This document shows, one piece after another, positions 36,630-49,200 of a stretch of DNA of 64,000 nt. The stretch spans positions 95,356,001 through 95,420,000 of the forward strand of contig NC_043006.1 of the NCBI RefSeq assembly GCF_006345805.1, read 5' to 3'. Source of the stretch: Octopus sinensis. Taxonomy: Eukaryota. Both the position numbers and the translations under genes were made by a program. The notes under the pieces are model-generated. The model did not search any database. It was not told the DNA's origin and saw only the letters and a list, made by a program, of their open reading frames with translations. Position 1 is the stretch's first letter. Every line of letters starts with the position of its first letter.

Positions 36630-36745
36630 GTCGTTGACTCAGCCAGTTTCCGTCTGTTAGATTCACTCACAAATCATTGGTCTACTCAGGCCTTATGTTC
36701 CGCGCAGTGGGGCCGAACTAGATTCAACGTGGTTGCGAAGCGAGC
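36630..36745 (-). mobile_element. SINE family A head fragment
   Basis: CAGTTTCCGTCTG..ATTCACTCACAA..CGCAGTGGGGCCGAAC. Confidence 0.65.
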
Positions 36746-37959
36746 TTCTTAACAGTCGAACCTGAACCAAAAGTTCAGCCCACTTCAAACAAAACATCTT
36801 CTAGCCTTGACAATTCAGAATTATTCTTTTATCTGGTGACGCTCTCTCGCTCATCTGTAACTACGTTTCACAACATATTCTTTGCATTTTAAGACAGTAA
36901 GATATGATTCGTGAGAAGATAGATAGATAGATCGACAGATAATTAGATAGATAAATAGATAGATAGAGAGGATAAGAGCGAGAGAAATACACAGAGGAGG
37001 GAAGAGATGGAGAATATGAGAATGAGAGAATGAGGAAACGATAGGACTCCGTTATTCAATGAGCAGCGACAAAGGCAGAATTGGACGTGAATAAATATTA
37101 TGTAAGTCTATTGAGTGTATTTTGCTAAATTATAGTTCCAATCATACTTATGAATATATAATACACAATTGTTTGTACAATAAAATATATTTTGTCGGAG
37201 ATGACGACTATTGTGTAGTTATAAACGTGAGTGAATACCTTTTCCATTCATAACATTCTCGGATTTTTATTCGCATTTATAACAACTTTATTTGCTAAAG
37301 CGTGAGCTGTATGGTGATTATCAGCTTATCGAAGTCTCCATTGGTTTCAATATGCCACGAAATGAGTATATTTCGATGGCTAATGAACTCTTTTTATCGA
37401 ATATGTTTCTCCTTTTGACATCTATGCTAGTTGTATACAGGTATGAAGATTACTAACTCCCTGTGCCAGGATATTTCGAGCATACCAACCCATGTATTTA
37501 ATATGTATATATATATATGTATATATATATACAGAGAGAGAGAGTCAACAGATGAGATCCAGAGATGCTCAATATAGAAAACACTTTGTTGTGCTCAAAT
37601 GATTTGAACTTAAACTCCGAAACCTTTACCGAGCACTAAGTCCGATGGGTAAAGAGTGACTATAAGAGGAATTCAAGTAAGATTATGTTGATAATTATGC
37701 AAATAATCAAATAAAACCGCTGGAGTAAATATACAAACTATACGTATATGTAAATAGAGTAAACCTAGACTGAAAATAGTCAACCGATGTATATTGAAGT
37801 ACAAATATATAGATATTTATATATTAAGAGAGAAAACTTACACACAGCACAAGCACACAGAAAATTATGGCGGGAAGGCGTGATATTACAGATCTCACAT
37901 CTATTTCTGGGGGCTGGGAATTACTTTATAATTTTGGCAGTTGTAGTTCGGTAAAAGTC

Positions 37960-38690
37960 AATAATGGGCAACCACAAGCGGAAGCATGTAGACATTAGCA
38001 GATCCGGCCGCCGTCTTCAGGATGGAAAGGTAAATATCTAACATTTCAAACTATAATACGTGAAGAGGAAGACGAACATAAGCAAGTGGAGGGGGGAAAG
38101 TAGGCAACTCGATGGGGGTGTGGGGGTGTTGAAGCCAGGAAGTGCTAGGGGAGAGGGGAGATTCAGACCAGAAAGATGGACGGGATGAGTGATCAGGGTA
38201 CTGAGAGAAGTAGAAGTAGGAGGGTTGGGAAGGGTAGGGTTTCTAGGGTTGTGTTCTTGCTACTCTGTAGATTGAAGTGGGGTTCACTGATATAAATCGT
38301 AGGAGCCAAGGACAGGCGTTGAAGTTTTCGTCTATTAGAGGATCTCAGACGTGTTGAAGTAAGAGATTTTAATAGATGATTTGTTGAAGATATTTATGTT
38401 GTCGTGGGAAACTGGAGTTTAAAATTTTTTAAATGCTTAGGTAGGGTTTTAACTTGAAGCGAGAAAGATGGTGCGAACCATAGGATCTCGCACTTGCTTG
38501 GAGACCTTAGAGAGCGGGAGTAGAGTGGGTGAGTTCACATGAGGAAGCTTGAGGTTATAGCTTCGAGGTAGCCGGTTAGGCTGGCGAGTGCAATGCGTTG
38601 AGGGGTGAGGGTTGAAGATTGCAAAAATGTGGACGGGTGGAAATAGGTCTGGCATGTCCGGGATCCGTAATTAGGGAAGAGAAGTACAAG
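37960..38690 (-). pseudogene. Highly degenerate Penelope-like fragment (possibly Neptune-type)
   Basis: Minus strand near 38352-38420 reads FPRQHK / IFNKSSIKISY, which resembles the recalled HFP..HK..KIFNRNT.KISYS segment of PLE thumb/linker regions. Confidence 0.45.
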
Positions 38691-38831
38691 TTTAGCTTTG
38701 ATTTTAATTTTGGGGATATAAGAAATTTTTGGCGGAAACCACTAATCGGCAGATTTTGGTAATAACACGTGTCCTGATTGCTAAATATGTCTTCCTTTGT
38801 TGCTAAGTTTTAAGACAATGGCCTATATACA

Positions 38832-38925
<94 letters not shown>

Positions 38926-38927
<2 letters not shown>

Positions 38928-39089
38928 CGCAGGAGTGGCTGTGGTGGTAAGTAGCTTGCTAACCAACCACATTGTTCCGGGTTCAGTCCCACTGCGTGGC
39001 ATCTTGGGCAAGTGTCTTCTGCTATAGCCTCGGGCCGACCAATGCCTTGTGAGTGGATTTGGTAGACGGAAACTGAAAGAAGCCTGTCG

Positions 39090-39122
<33 letters not shown>

Positions 39123-39338
39123 ATGTGTTGTGTGTCTGTGTTTGTCCCCCTAGCATTGCTTGACAACCGATGCTGGTGTTTACGTCCCCGTCACTTAGCG
39201 GTTCGGCAAAAGAGACCGATAAAATAAGTACTGGGCTTACAAAGAATAAGACCCGGGGTCGATTTGCTCGACTAAAGGTGGTGCTCCAGCATGGCCGCAG
39301 TTAAATGACTAAAACAGAAAAATGAGTAAAGAGTAAAG
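38926..39338 (+). mobile_element. SINE family A, full-length
   Basis: All family A modules present. Confidence 0.9.
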
Positions 39339-39404
<66 letters not shown>

Positions 39405-39410
39405 ATATAT

Positions 39411-40116
39411 GGGATCTCCCTTTTAAATAGAAAGAATAGCCAAAACTCTTTGACTGCTATTTCTAAATTCGGTGTGTGGTGAGGCAAATCGTTGCTAAAC
39501 CCTTAATTACTTAGTATTGCTTAAACATTCCTTGAATGGAGATTTTACATGCCGAACTCTACTTGGTGAACTTAATGATTATTCCAAATTAATTAATTTC
39601 ACCCTTTATTATTGATAATTATCTTTCATCCCAGTAAAAAAAAACTGTAGTATCTTATTTTGGCAGCACGCTGGCGGAAGGGGGATGGTGACATACATTC
39701 ATTCACCCTTTGAATTTGGTGGTACTGGTAATGGCTTACGCTCGCTCTGATACCATGAGTTGAGGTGATGTCTTCTAGTGCCTTCAAATTTAATACACAA
39801 TTATTAATAATTGAGACGAAATTATTTATAATTGAAGAGTCCTACGCTGAAGAGGAAAATAGTTAGGTAATACATAATTATTTAATTTTTATGCTCTGCT
39901 ATGACTTAATTCCGAAACGTACGTCCGTAGGTGACTTAATATAGAATGATTGTCGTCATTTCTTTCTCTTTTGCCTGCGTTGTTTGCTTTTTAAGTGCTG
40001 TGGTTTTACTGGGATCTCCCTTTTAAGTAGACAGAATAGCCAAAACTCTTTGACTGCTATTTCTAAATTCGGTGTGTGGTGAGGCAAATCGTTGCTAAAC
40101 CCTTAATTACTTAGTA

Positions 40117-40117
<1 letters not shown>
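39411..40117 (+). mobile_element. Retrozyme-like non-coding element: 600-nt unit plus 107-bp terminal direct repeat
   Basis: 39411-39517 equals 40011-40117 with 2 mismatches; internal HHR; (TA)n on the left, (CT)n(TA)n on the right. Confidence 0.8.
39841..39931 (+). ncRNA. Type I HHR with intact core and long stem II
   Basis: CCTACG-CTGAAGA-GGAA..(~52 nt)..TTCC-GAAAC-GTAC-GTC-CGTAGG; 6-bp stem I, palindromic stem III ACGTACGT, GUC triplet with predicted cleavage after 39925. Confidence 0.85.
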
Positions 40118-40174
<57 letters not shown>

Positions 40175-40175
<1 letters not shown>

Positions 40176-40720
40176 CGGGGGAATTCACAAAGAAAAAACA
40201 AAAGACGAAGACAGGTGGTGTAGACAATAAACAGATGTATTAGTATAAGGCTCGGGAAGTGAAAAATTCTTTAACGTTTCGAGCCTACGCTCTTCTACAG
40301 AAAGGAAGACAGAAAGAAACAAGGTGAGAAAATAAAGAATGTAGTGGTTAGCCATCTATCATGGCGAATGACGGACAGATGGGTAAATGTAGGGGTAGAG
40401 AGGCAAGGTAACAGGTGCGGATTAGAGAAAAATTTATAAGAACAACCAGAGTAGGAAGGAACGACAAATGGGAAAAGCAGAAAGTAAAAAACAAAAGTAT
40501 AGAAAGTACAAAAAAGTTACATAAAGTTCAAAAGGCTCAAAAGTTTCGAACGTCGTGGTGTATCGGAGCGATTTATCAATTACGAGTCCAGTGTAATCCA
40601 TGGATAGGAGAGGTGCAGCTGAAGTTTAAGAGAGTAGAAAGTCCAGGTAGAAAAGCAAAGGAGACTAGTCTAGTGTACGATGTGTAAAAAATCGTTGGGT
40701 AATGAGACAGGATCAACTGG
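40175..40720 (-). mobile_element. PLE-type 3' region with HHR-like motif (core CTGTAGA) at 40269-40304
   Basis: Homologous to the 11560-11762 tail; CTTT-CTGTAGA-A-GAGC(GTAG)GCTC-GAAAC-GTT-AAAG; the extent beyond ~40400 is uncertain. Confidence 0.6.
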
Positions 40721-40724
40721 TGCG

Positions 40725-40764
<40 letters not shown>

Positions 40765-40774
40765 ATAGGCAAAG

Positions 40775-40912
40775 GGATGGCTGTGTGGTAAGAAGCTTGC
40801 TTCTCAGGCACAGGGCTCCGGGTTGAGCCTCACTGCATGGTTCCTTGGACAGATGGCCTCTGTTATACCTTCGGGTCTACCAACGCTGTGGGAGTGGATT
40901 TGGTAGACGGGA
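40775..40912 (+). mobile_element. SINE family A head fragment
   Basis: TGGCTGTGTGGTAAGAAGCTTGC..GTGGATTTGGTAGACGG. Confidence 0.75.
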
Positions 40913-40914
40913 TG

Positions 40915-40954
<40 letters not shown>

Positions 40955-41224
40955 TATATGTATATACATACATACATACATACATACATACATACGCGCG
41001 TGTGTGGTCACTGAAGTTCCTTTGATTAACCAGATTTAACCTGAAGCTGAGGAACCAGAACACGACAACGTTAAGACACGTATGAAAACAATATTATAAA
41101 CATTTCCTACTTTTATTGAAACATCGACTGTGTTATGTTAAGTATATGTTATGACTGAAGATCTGCGTCATGGGGATATAAAACTTGCTTTTATTTTCCT
41201 TGTGCTAACACAAATCAATGCAGG

Positions 41225-41259
<35 letters not shown>

Positions 41260-41269
41260 AATATATATT

Positions 41270-41313
<44 letters not shown>

Positions 41314-41417
41314 CATTATATATTATATATATATATATATATATAATATATATATATATATATAATATATATAATATATATATATATATAATATTATATA
41401 ATATATATATATATATG

Positions 41418-41459
<42 letters not shown>

Positions 41460-42512
41460 TCACACACACATATATGTATGTATATGTATGTATATGTATG
41501 CATATGTGTATGTATATATATATGTGTGTGTGTTATATATGATAATATATATAACCTGATGGTTTCTTAATTTGGCACAAAGCACGCATATCTAAGGGGC
41601 AGATATAATCGATGGAACAGACGATCATATTGATCTTGTGTGTACATCAAAGCAATGTCGACTCTGTCGTAATTTCGAGTAAAAAATGCTGAGAGATAAA
41701 AGAGAAAAGTGAAAAATATTTATATAGTTTAAACACTACAGATTTTCCATACAAACTGCATATATGAACTCTGAAAGACTGTAAAATCACTGAGTTTCGA
41801 AGTATTGACTTGACGAAAATACACAACATATTATTGGTGTATGTGTATACAGAGAGAGAGGCAGACACAGAGAGAAAGAGAGTGAAAGATAGTGAGAGAG
41901 GGAAAAAGGAGAGGTTACTCAGCTCTGTATACTTGATATATGCGCAAGAACTTGGACGAAACACAAGCAAAAATAAAGGGGATTTTCTTGAATTGCTGGG
42001 GGTAAACCCCACCCTGAATTCCCCTTAACATATTAGTGCTACACGGAGGTATTGCCTGTTTGTTACAGATTCTACTGGTATGAAAACGTAAACAGCTGAG
42101 GTAGGTCTCAAATACTACAGTGTCGAGTCTGCCAATCCTAGTAAACAATTCTGCGTAGTGCTTCTTGAAAGCTGAGCCATTCTGTGGAATCGAAGAGTAA
42201 AATGCCCCTGCGGTCTATCATAAAGCGAATTCTATATTTGTTGTCATTCCGTCCCTTCGCCACCTTGTTGCAACGGACGGGTTTTATGTATTCGTAATTC
42301 AATACACCCGTTCTAGTTCGGAAAACGCAACCCTTGTTCTTCACGTCGAAGACACGATTGAGCGCATCGTTGCACTTTTATCTTCAAGGAGGCCAATAGA
42401 TACAAGCAGAGGCTGTAATATGAGAGAGATACGAAAAAAAAAGAAGAAAACAGAAAGAAATGTGTAAACGATGAGAGATTTCAAATCTAAACTCTAAACG
42501 GGATTACTCTCT

Positions 42513-42928
42513 CTTTACTCTTTTACTCTTTTACTTGTTTCAGTCATTTGACTGCGGCCATGCTGGAGCACCGCCTTTAGTCGAGCAAATCGACCCCGGG
42601 ACTTATTCTTTGTAAGCCCATTACTTATTCTATCGGTCTCTGTTGCCGAACCGCTAAGTGACGGGGATGTAAACACCCCAGCATCGGTTGTCAAGCAATG
42701 CTTGGGGGACAAACACAGACACACAAACATATACACACACACTTATATATATATATACATATATACGACAAGCTTCTTTCAGTTTCCGTCTACCAAATCC
42801 ACTCACAAGGCATTGGTCGGCCCGGGGCTATAGCAGAAGACACTTGCCCAAGATGCCACGCAGTGGGACTGAACCCGGAACCATGTGGTTGGTAAGCAAG
42901 CTACTTACCACACAGCCACTCCTGTGCC
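42513..42928 (-). mobile_element. SINE family A, full-length
   Basis: All family A modules present. Confidence 0.9.
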
Positions 42929-43194
42929 AATACTGGAAAAGGATGAGAAGAGTAGAAATGGGCAAAGAATATTTCAAAGCTGTCTAAGAAGCGCGGGTCT
43001 CAAAACGGAGAGAGAAGAGAGAATGATTGCGACACGAAACCAAACCTATCAATCAAGATCCACCCTATGCATATCTAGGAAGAAGAAAGAATTATGAAGA
43101 GTTTTATAATGGGAACGACGATAACGAAAATAATAACGATGCGAAATTTTGACAGAAGAGCAGTGGTTTAGGAGGAGGGGACGAACCAATTGCA

Positions 43195-43525
43195 ACGACC
43201 CCTGTGATCTACTGGTACTTATATTACGCACCCCGAATGAATGAAAGGTAAAGTCGACCACGGCGGAATTTGAACGCATAACGCGAAGACGGAGGAAATA
43301 CCTGTTTCTTTACTACCCACAAGGGGCTAAACACAGAAGGGACAAACAAGGACAGACAAACGGATTAAGTCCATTACATCGACACCAATCCGTAACTGGT
43401 ACTTATTTAATCTACCCCGAAAGGATGAAAGGCATAGTCGACCTCGGCGGAATTTGAACTCAGAACGTAGCGACAGACGAAATACCACGAAGTATTTTGC
43501 CCGGCGTGTAAACAATTATGCCCGG
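43195..43525 (-). mobile_element. SINE family B, dimeric copy
   Basis: Same monomer junction (GTAGTAAAGAAACAG|GTATTTC) as 4596-5006. Confidence 0.8.
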
Positions 43526-43544
43526 TAGCTGTCTTGATATTGGT

Positions 43545-43705
43545 GATAATGATGATGGTGGTGATCATTGCTGCTGGTGTTGATGATGATGATGATGATG
43601 ATAATGATGAGGATGATGATGAAGATAAAGATAAAGATGACGACGAGAACGAGGACAACAGGTATGATAACGAGGAAGAAGAAGGCAGCGGCAACAGCAG
43701 TACAG

Positions 43706-43736
<31 letters not shown>

Positions 43737-43930
43737 AAGTAGTAGTAGTAGATGAATACGAAGAAAAGGCAAGAGGAGGAGGGCTCGGAGAACAGAAGTT
43801 GAGAAGAAGGAAACGGGGAGGGGTAGGGAGGAGGTAAGGAGAAACCGATGATGAAGATGATGAAGAGGTTGGTGATGATGATAAGGAGGTTGGCGACGAC
43901 GTCGAAGACGATGACAACGACAAAATGAAC
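43545..43930. repeat. (GAT)n/(GTA)n/(GAA)n low-complexity block
   Basis: Direct reading. Confidence 0.9.
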
Positions 43931-44307
43931 ATGGCAACAGTAGGAAAAAAACGTGTATATGCACTGAAGAATCGACGAATCTGATAAAATATTATTACTC
44001 TCAAAAACGCCGAAGAATATTTATTTCTAAATTCTATTAGGAAGCAAATGGAGTAAAATTACATTGGTGTAGAAACAAGATTTTCGTTATAAATACTCTA
44101 ACTTTTCACCAATTACACATTGGATTTTCACCGTTAATATGCTTAGATATGAGTGAACTAGCTGCAAAATGCTTTAATATGAAATCAAGAAACTTACTCA
44201 GAAGATTTTCAATCTGATATGAAAAACAATTCTCTCTCTACATTAAATTTCCTATATAGTGACAGAAAAATCGGTTATCTTTAAACGTATGAGTGTGTGT
44301 GTGTGTG

Positions 44308-44367
<60 letters not shown>

Positions 44368-44565
44368 CTAAATAAAACGTATCTATGCGTGTACAGATAT
44401 ATATGTGTATATGCATATATGTTTATATATATGTGTATTTGCTGTGTGTGTTTATATTTGTTTAATCATATATAATATTATATATATATATACACATGTA
44501 TATATGTATAAATGTCTACACACACACACACACACGCACACACAGACACACATACACACACACAA

Positions 44566-44622
<57 letters not shown>

Positions 44623-45019
44623 ATTAACAGGATTTCAACTAGAAATGCAGTACGAACATTTCAAGCGACTCCAGTCAATTGATCTATTCTTGGTACAACA
44701 GCGACAACATGAATTTGTTCCATCTTCTTGCTCTATTAAAATATTTAAGGAAAATTATATTAATGAATCTTGGCTGTTGAAATTCCATATTTGTTTAGCT
44801 GAAGAGCGCTGTTTTTAAAATTGATGTAATGATTGAATGATTGCAATATTTAATTAAAGGGAGCCGCTTGAAACGGTCGTACTGCATTACTACTAGAAAT
44901 CCTGTTACTTATTTTGATTTTATTCACCCTACTTCGAGCTGTAAGGTTAATACCTGACTGTGTTGATGCTTCAACTTAAGTACCTAATTCAACTGAATCT
45001 TAATTACTTCTTATATTTA

Positions 45020-45181
45020 TATAATATATTCTTCTTCTTCTTCTTCTTCTTCTTCTTCTTCTTCTTCTTCTTCTTCTTCTTCTTCTTCTCCTTCTCCTTC
45101 TTCTTCTTCTTCTTCTTCTTCTTATTATTATTATTATTATTATTATTGTTATTATTATTGTTATAATTATTATTATTATTA

Positions 45182-45236
<55 letters not shown>

Positions 45237-45237
45237 G
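45020..45237. repeat. (CTT)n-(TTA)n compound trinucleotide microsatellite
   Basis: Direct reading. Confidence 0.95.
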
Positions 45238-45470
45238 GAAGACTCTCGGATAATCCTTAATTACCGATTGTTCTTTAAGTAAAAGCAGGCAATAACAAAT
45301 CACCAACGGTTTCAAGTAGTACCTTCTCCTCTGACTCAAAGAGAGCATACCCTCCTCAGAATGCGAGCTGCACCCAATAACGCTGTCTTCTGGATCACTT
45401 CGAGCCTAACACCAGCTCCAATCTTCTTAATATGTTTTCCAAAGCTCTTGGAAACTGCTCTTAACTCACC
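45238..45470 (-). mobile_element. 3' end of an R4/Dong-like RLE LINE abutting (AAT)n
   Basis: LRAVSKSFGKHIKKIGAGVRLEVIQKTALLGAARILRRVCSL* resembles the C-terminus of R4/Dong/Rex6-type proteins; ~100-nt 3' UTR followed by (AAT)n. Confidence 0.7.
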
Positions 45471-46295
45471 TTCTCTCAACTGGTTGCGTTCTTTTCCTTG
45501 TCTCATTCGGTGTTACTTTGATGACGTATTGACCTTAGTCTCTCATACAATGCTACCTCTCATAACTCTCTCTTTCACACACACACACACTCACACACGC
45601 ACACACATTTAATTCATCTCATATTTCATTCTCTCTTAACCGTTTGCGTTCTTTCAAATATCTCTATCAATGCCATTTTGAAAAAAAATAACATAAAAAT
45701 ACTGTTAGACTTCGGTGAAAATTACAGTTTCACCAAACTCGCTAAACACTATCTGAAAGAGTGATTTTTATGCTATTGAATTGCTCTAAACGAATTTGAC
45801 CATAAAAATGTTGGAAATTTTAGTATTTTTTAAGACACTAATAAAATTTGTCGGACCTATTTTCATGGCGTCGGGCGTCGGAGCTATTGTTAAGCCCGTT
45901 TACGTCGTTGCGTGTATCAATGTACTTTTACCCGATGTTTCACTCATGCGTAGAATTCTGAAATGGCAGACGTAAAAAATATGAAAATTTCGGCAACTTT
46001 GCGCATTCGACTGCATGAAAATAGGTTCAATTGATTTTATTATTACCTTAAAAAATCCTAAATTTCAGATATTTTGATAGTCAAATTCGTTTAGACCAAT
46101 TCAACGACGTAAAATCGTACTGTAAAATTGTGTTTAGCGAGGCTGGTGTAATTGTAAATAAGTATTCAAGGTAAAAATTTCCGATAAATATCGTGAAAAC
46201 ATTCCGTTCAGAAAAGTTAGCTCAAAGACTAGCTGAATCGTCTCAAAACTTTCACTATAATTGTCATAAGTATTCACACTTTTAACAGTACACTA

Positions 46296-49200
46296 TGTCC
46301 AGAAAAAGAAAGGGCAACAACCTGTCCCGAAAAAAATTCCGTTCAAAATAGGAAAATAAATGAAGGAAACAGACAAGGATCTAGCTCTTGTCAGTGTCTC
46401 GAAATAAAGTGAAGGCGAATGCAAAAACCTGTGGAATGGAAATACCAGAAGAAACAGAGGTAGGGAGAAAGGCAGATCGGCTAAGGAGACCGGAAACCTG
46501 TGCGATGGAAAGACCAGATGTTTCAGAAGTACGAAGGAATGTGAATCGACTGAGAACACAGAAAATCCGTGCAAAGGAAGAAACACAAGAAATAAGGACG
46601 GAGGAAAACTGGTCGGCTGAGGAAACAGGACTCCAGGGAAAACAGGTCGTTGCCACAAATTCAGCAGCGACAAGCACATAACCAGGCATGATACCAATCG
46701 AGACTCCGACAGCAAAGTACTGACACTGAGAGAAGGGCTACGGAAGTTGATGTGGCAGATTTTCATGAGAAAGAACGAAACCCAAGCCTTATGTTGCTCT
46801 ACATTTTTAACATAACATGCCCTGGCTCTAAAGTTTATCTTTGTACTATGATGATAATCTATGCGGTCAAATGTTCCTGAACAAAATTCGTGACTACAAT
46901 AATTTACGGGCTATGGCTTCACTTGGACTCGCTAATCCACCAGTTCATTGTAGCACTTTTATGCCTACTCTCAAGATTCAAGGAAAGTTGTACCACCGCA
47001 TAGGAAGTCTCTTACCAGCAGTAAATAGGAAGCTAGCCTATGCTCAGCTATATTTCGTTGACTCTAAAAATGAGACGAGAAACAGGTTGTCATTCAAAGG
47101 AGCTGATACTGACCTTAATGAGAACATCCTGCTAGACTTGCGGAGAGCACTGCATATGCACAATCCATATATCAAAAGTTTTAAAGAGGATATATTTAAG
47201 GAATACTCTGCAGCAGAAAAATGTTCTACCGATGATATTATAAGTCATGACAAACAGGTTATTCTTGCTGGGTCACATGAGAGAACCTATAATCCACCGA
47301 CTACATCAGAAGTCGCTGTGATCATGGTGGGAAATGATACCAATAATCAAGACGTTAAACCTGCGGATAATGTTGTGCACTACAGAGCGAGCAATGGAAA
47401 GTTAGACTACATCAGTAAAATCCACAGAAGCTATGACCCCCTTCATTCTATAATATTTTCCCTGTGGGGAATCTGGCTGGAATGTGTTCATGAATGACAA
47501 TGACCGAAGTAAAAACATCACTGAATGTGACTTTTATTCTTATCGGTTTCAGGTAAGAAAGGACAGGTTCGGTGGCATAATGAAAAGAGGCGTCTGATGC
47601 AATAATGTGCAGTAGATCAATATGCAAAGATAGAGCAAGATCGATTACACTTCTTGAGAACACATCAGAAACAGCGTAAGGCTGAAGAGTACCAGGCCCT
47701 ATGGATGCTATTTCGAATGGTGACATGAATGACGTAAAATCATTCTTCCGCCATCACACACTGGAATGACTCTGGTGAGAGAGTTTGGAAAGCCAGACTA
47801 CTTCATCACTATGTCAACCAACCCAAAGTGGATAACAGAAGCCCTGTTTTTAGGATCGATCTGACATTGCAGCCAGAGGGTTTAAAAGGAAGTACAACTC
47901 TCTGAAGAATAATCTATTAAAGAAGAATGTCTTGGTAAAAGCATTTGCACATATCTCTAAAATTGAATGGCAGAAGAGAGGTCTGCCCCGTGTCCACAGA
48001 TTGCTCTTTATGGCTGCTACAGATAAGCCAAGAACGCTAGAGGTCATTGATTGAGTTGTATGTGCGGAGATACCAGATAGGGATATGAGTCCAGAACTGT
48101 TGGAAATTGTTATAAAAAACAACGGACCATGTGGACACCATAATCCAAATAATCCATGCGTGGATGGTGAACCACCAAAATGCACAAGATCATTTCCCAA
48201 ACAGTACCACATTTGTGAGTGATGACGCCTATCCAGTATACAGACGTCGGTCACCAACCTCTGGAGGCAGGACGCACATTATTGGAGCTTCTCGGACATT
48301 TACTGAAGTAGCGCCTTACAACCCATTTTGACCTCTCCGAAACAACTGTTATCTGAATGTTGAGGTTGTGCACGTAGTGCTGTCAGTGAAATACCTTTTC
48401 AAGTACCCAAATAAAGGGCTTGATAGAGTCACTGTTCAAACCCGGTCAAGCAGTACTGATGAAAGAATTGAAATGCCTCAAGTGTTTGACAATTCAAGCC
48501 TTAAAGTGGTTGACAATGAAATTGACACTTACCCAAAATGCAAGATGCATCTCATCTGTTAAGGCAATTTTGAGGATATTTAGATTTTCAATCCATTCCA
48601 GACAACCTGCTGTTTTAAAATCTTTAGGCCATTTGCAAAATCAACAATATCTTACTTTTAATGATGAGGAGCCTGAAAAACGAGCATAGAGCAGAAACAA
48701 CTTTGACTGGGTTTTTCGTATTAAATAAACATGACTCAGACCCCAGAGACAAGCTACATGCTGAAATTCCAAAGAATTACACTGGGATTAAAAAAAGACA
48801 AGTGGCAAAAGAGGAAAACGGGAACAATCATAGAAGGTGAAAGCTATGAAACCAGTACTATTGGGCGAATCTCAATTGTTGCTTGCAATGTCAGGCAGAA
48901 GATATCGTATTACATGAGGTTGCTACTGCATCACGTCAAAGGCCCCCAATCATGCGCTAACGGACTGTTAATGGTGATCTGTTTCAACTACCAAGATGCG
49001 TGCACAAAGCGGGGATTTTACAAGACGATGACTGAAATTATTAGAACATTAGATGAAGTCAAACATAACTGTTTCAGTGACCAGCTAAGACACGTATTTT
49101 GTACTGTTCTCCTCACCTGCCGGCCACGTGATGGCAAAGGTTTATGGGAAAGATACAAGGATGCATTGGGTGATGACAAGAAAAGTTGAGCTGGCAGAAA

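Noticed and set aside
37990-38030. CTGAAGA-CGG..CCG-GATC on the minus strand
   Set aside because: GAAA is absent and stem I/III are unsupported.
42069-42100. 32-nt plus-strand microexon (TTACAG|...GAG|GTAGGT)
   Set aside because: Stops in all three frames and no other support.
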